Shown here piece by piece: positions 63,626-64,000 of a stretch of DNA of 64,000 nt. The notes under the pieces are model-generated. The model saw nothing but the letters and a program-made list of their open reading frames with translations. It ran no database searches and was not told the DNA's origin. Position numbers and translations under genes: made by a program. How positions within the stretch are numbered: the stretch's first letter is position 1; every line of letters starts with the position of its first letter. The stretch is taken from positions 744,001 to 808,000 of the forward strand of contig OZ251234.1 of assembly GCA_965240325.2 (NCBI GenBank). Direction: 5' to 3'. The DNA comes from Rebecca billardiae RCC1528. Its lineage: Eukaryota > Protista > Haptophyta.

Positions 63626-64000
63626 GCTAACTCGCCAAGCGGGCTGTCGAATATGACGCGGTCGGCGCTTGCATGCCTCCGCAGCGGCGGCGGCAGCCAG
63701 TCGTCGAGCGCGGAGAGCGGGCGCGCCTGCAACTCGGCGCCGCTACGTTGCAAGTAGGTGGCCGCGAGCAGCTCGGCCTTGCACGCGTCGTTGACGCACA
63801 GGGTCACGCAGCGCATCTCCGCTACAAGTGTAGCGACGTGCGCTCTGACGAGGCGTCAGATGAGCGTCGCGACGACTTCTGGCGCGGGCAGCGTTGCGTG
63901 CATACGCCTAAGGCGGACTGCCGAGCAGCCGTGAACTCAGGCCGACGGACGGACAGCCTGTGCGCCGGCCTTGGTGGTGCAATGGCGCGCAATGAAGATA

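Larger units (their letters stand above)
61638..63816 (-). mobile_element. DIRS-order (PAT-like) tyrosine-recombinase retrotransposon, 5'-decayed
   Basis: YR ORF plus MT-like domain; 35-bp direct repeat TTTGCCCACAGTCAGTTAAGACCATCAGTTGCCAT at 61638-61672 and 62113-62147. Confidence 0.85.

Overview
Very GC-rich eukaryotic DNA, most likely a microalga such as a haptophyte; this is inferred from composition, short GT-AG introns and gene content. About nine host-type genes are supported: an EcxA/DUF4953-type metzincin, a CUE-domain protein, a giant membrane protein (TQT repeats, SPn stalk, RCC1 repeats), a coiled-coil protein, a secreted SAM methyltransferase, MAEA/GID9, an aldonolactone oxidoreductase, a polysaccharide pyruvyltransferase-like protein and a DxD glycosyltransferase-like protein. 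They sit among densely nested mobile DNA: a copia deletion derivative with apparently identical LTRs inside a hAT relic, a hAT MITE, a P/Galileo-like foldback, a CGGATATC-ended TIR element, an LTR/gag relic and a DIRS/PAT-like tyrosine-recombinase element. The most striking structure is a family of four complete and three partial elements with asymmetric ends. The 5' end is a GGCCCGCGGTGCA stem-loop; the 3' end is the inverted copy of that motif, then a GACCGCG-GAA-CGCGGTC hairpin and a variable (TA)n tail. This is Helentron/HINE-like architecture. Each copy has a different interior, they nest into their own 5' ends, and they lie just downstream of gene stop codons. No CRISPR array or rRNA was seen. 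All alignments were done by eye.
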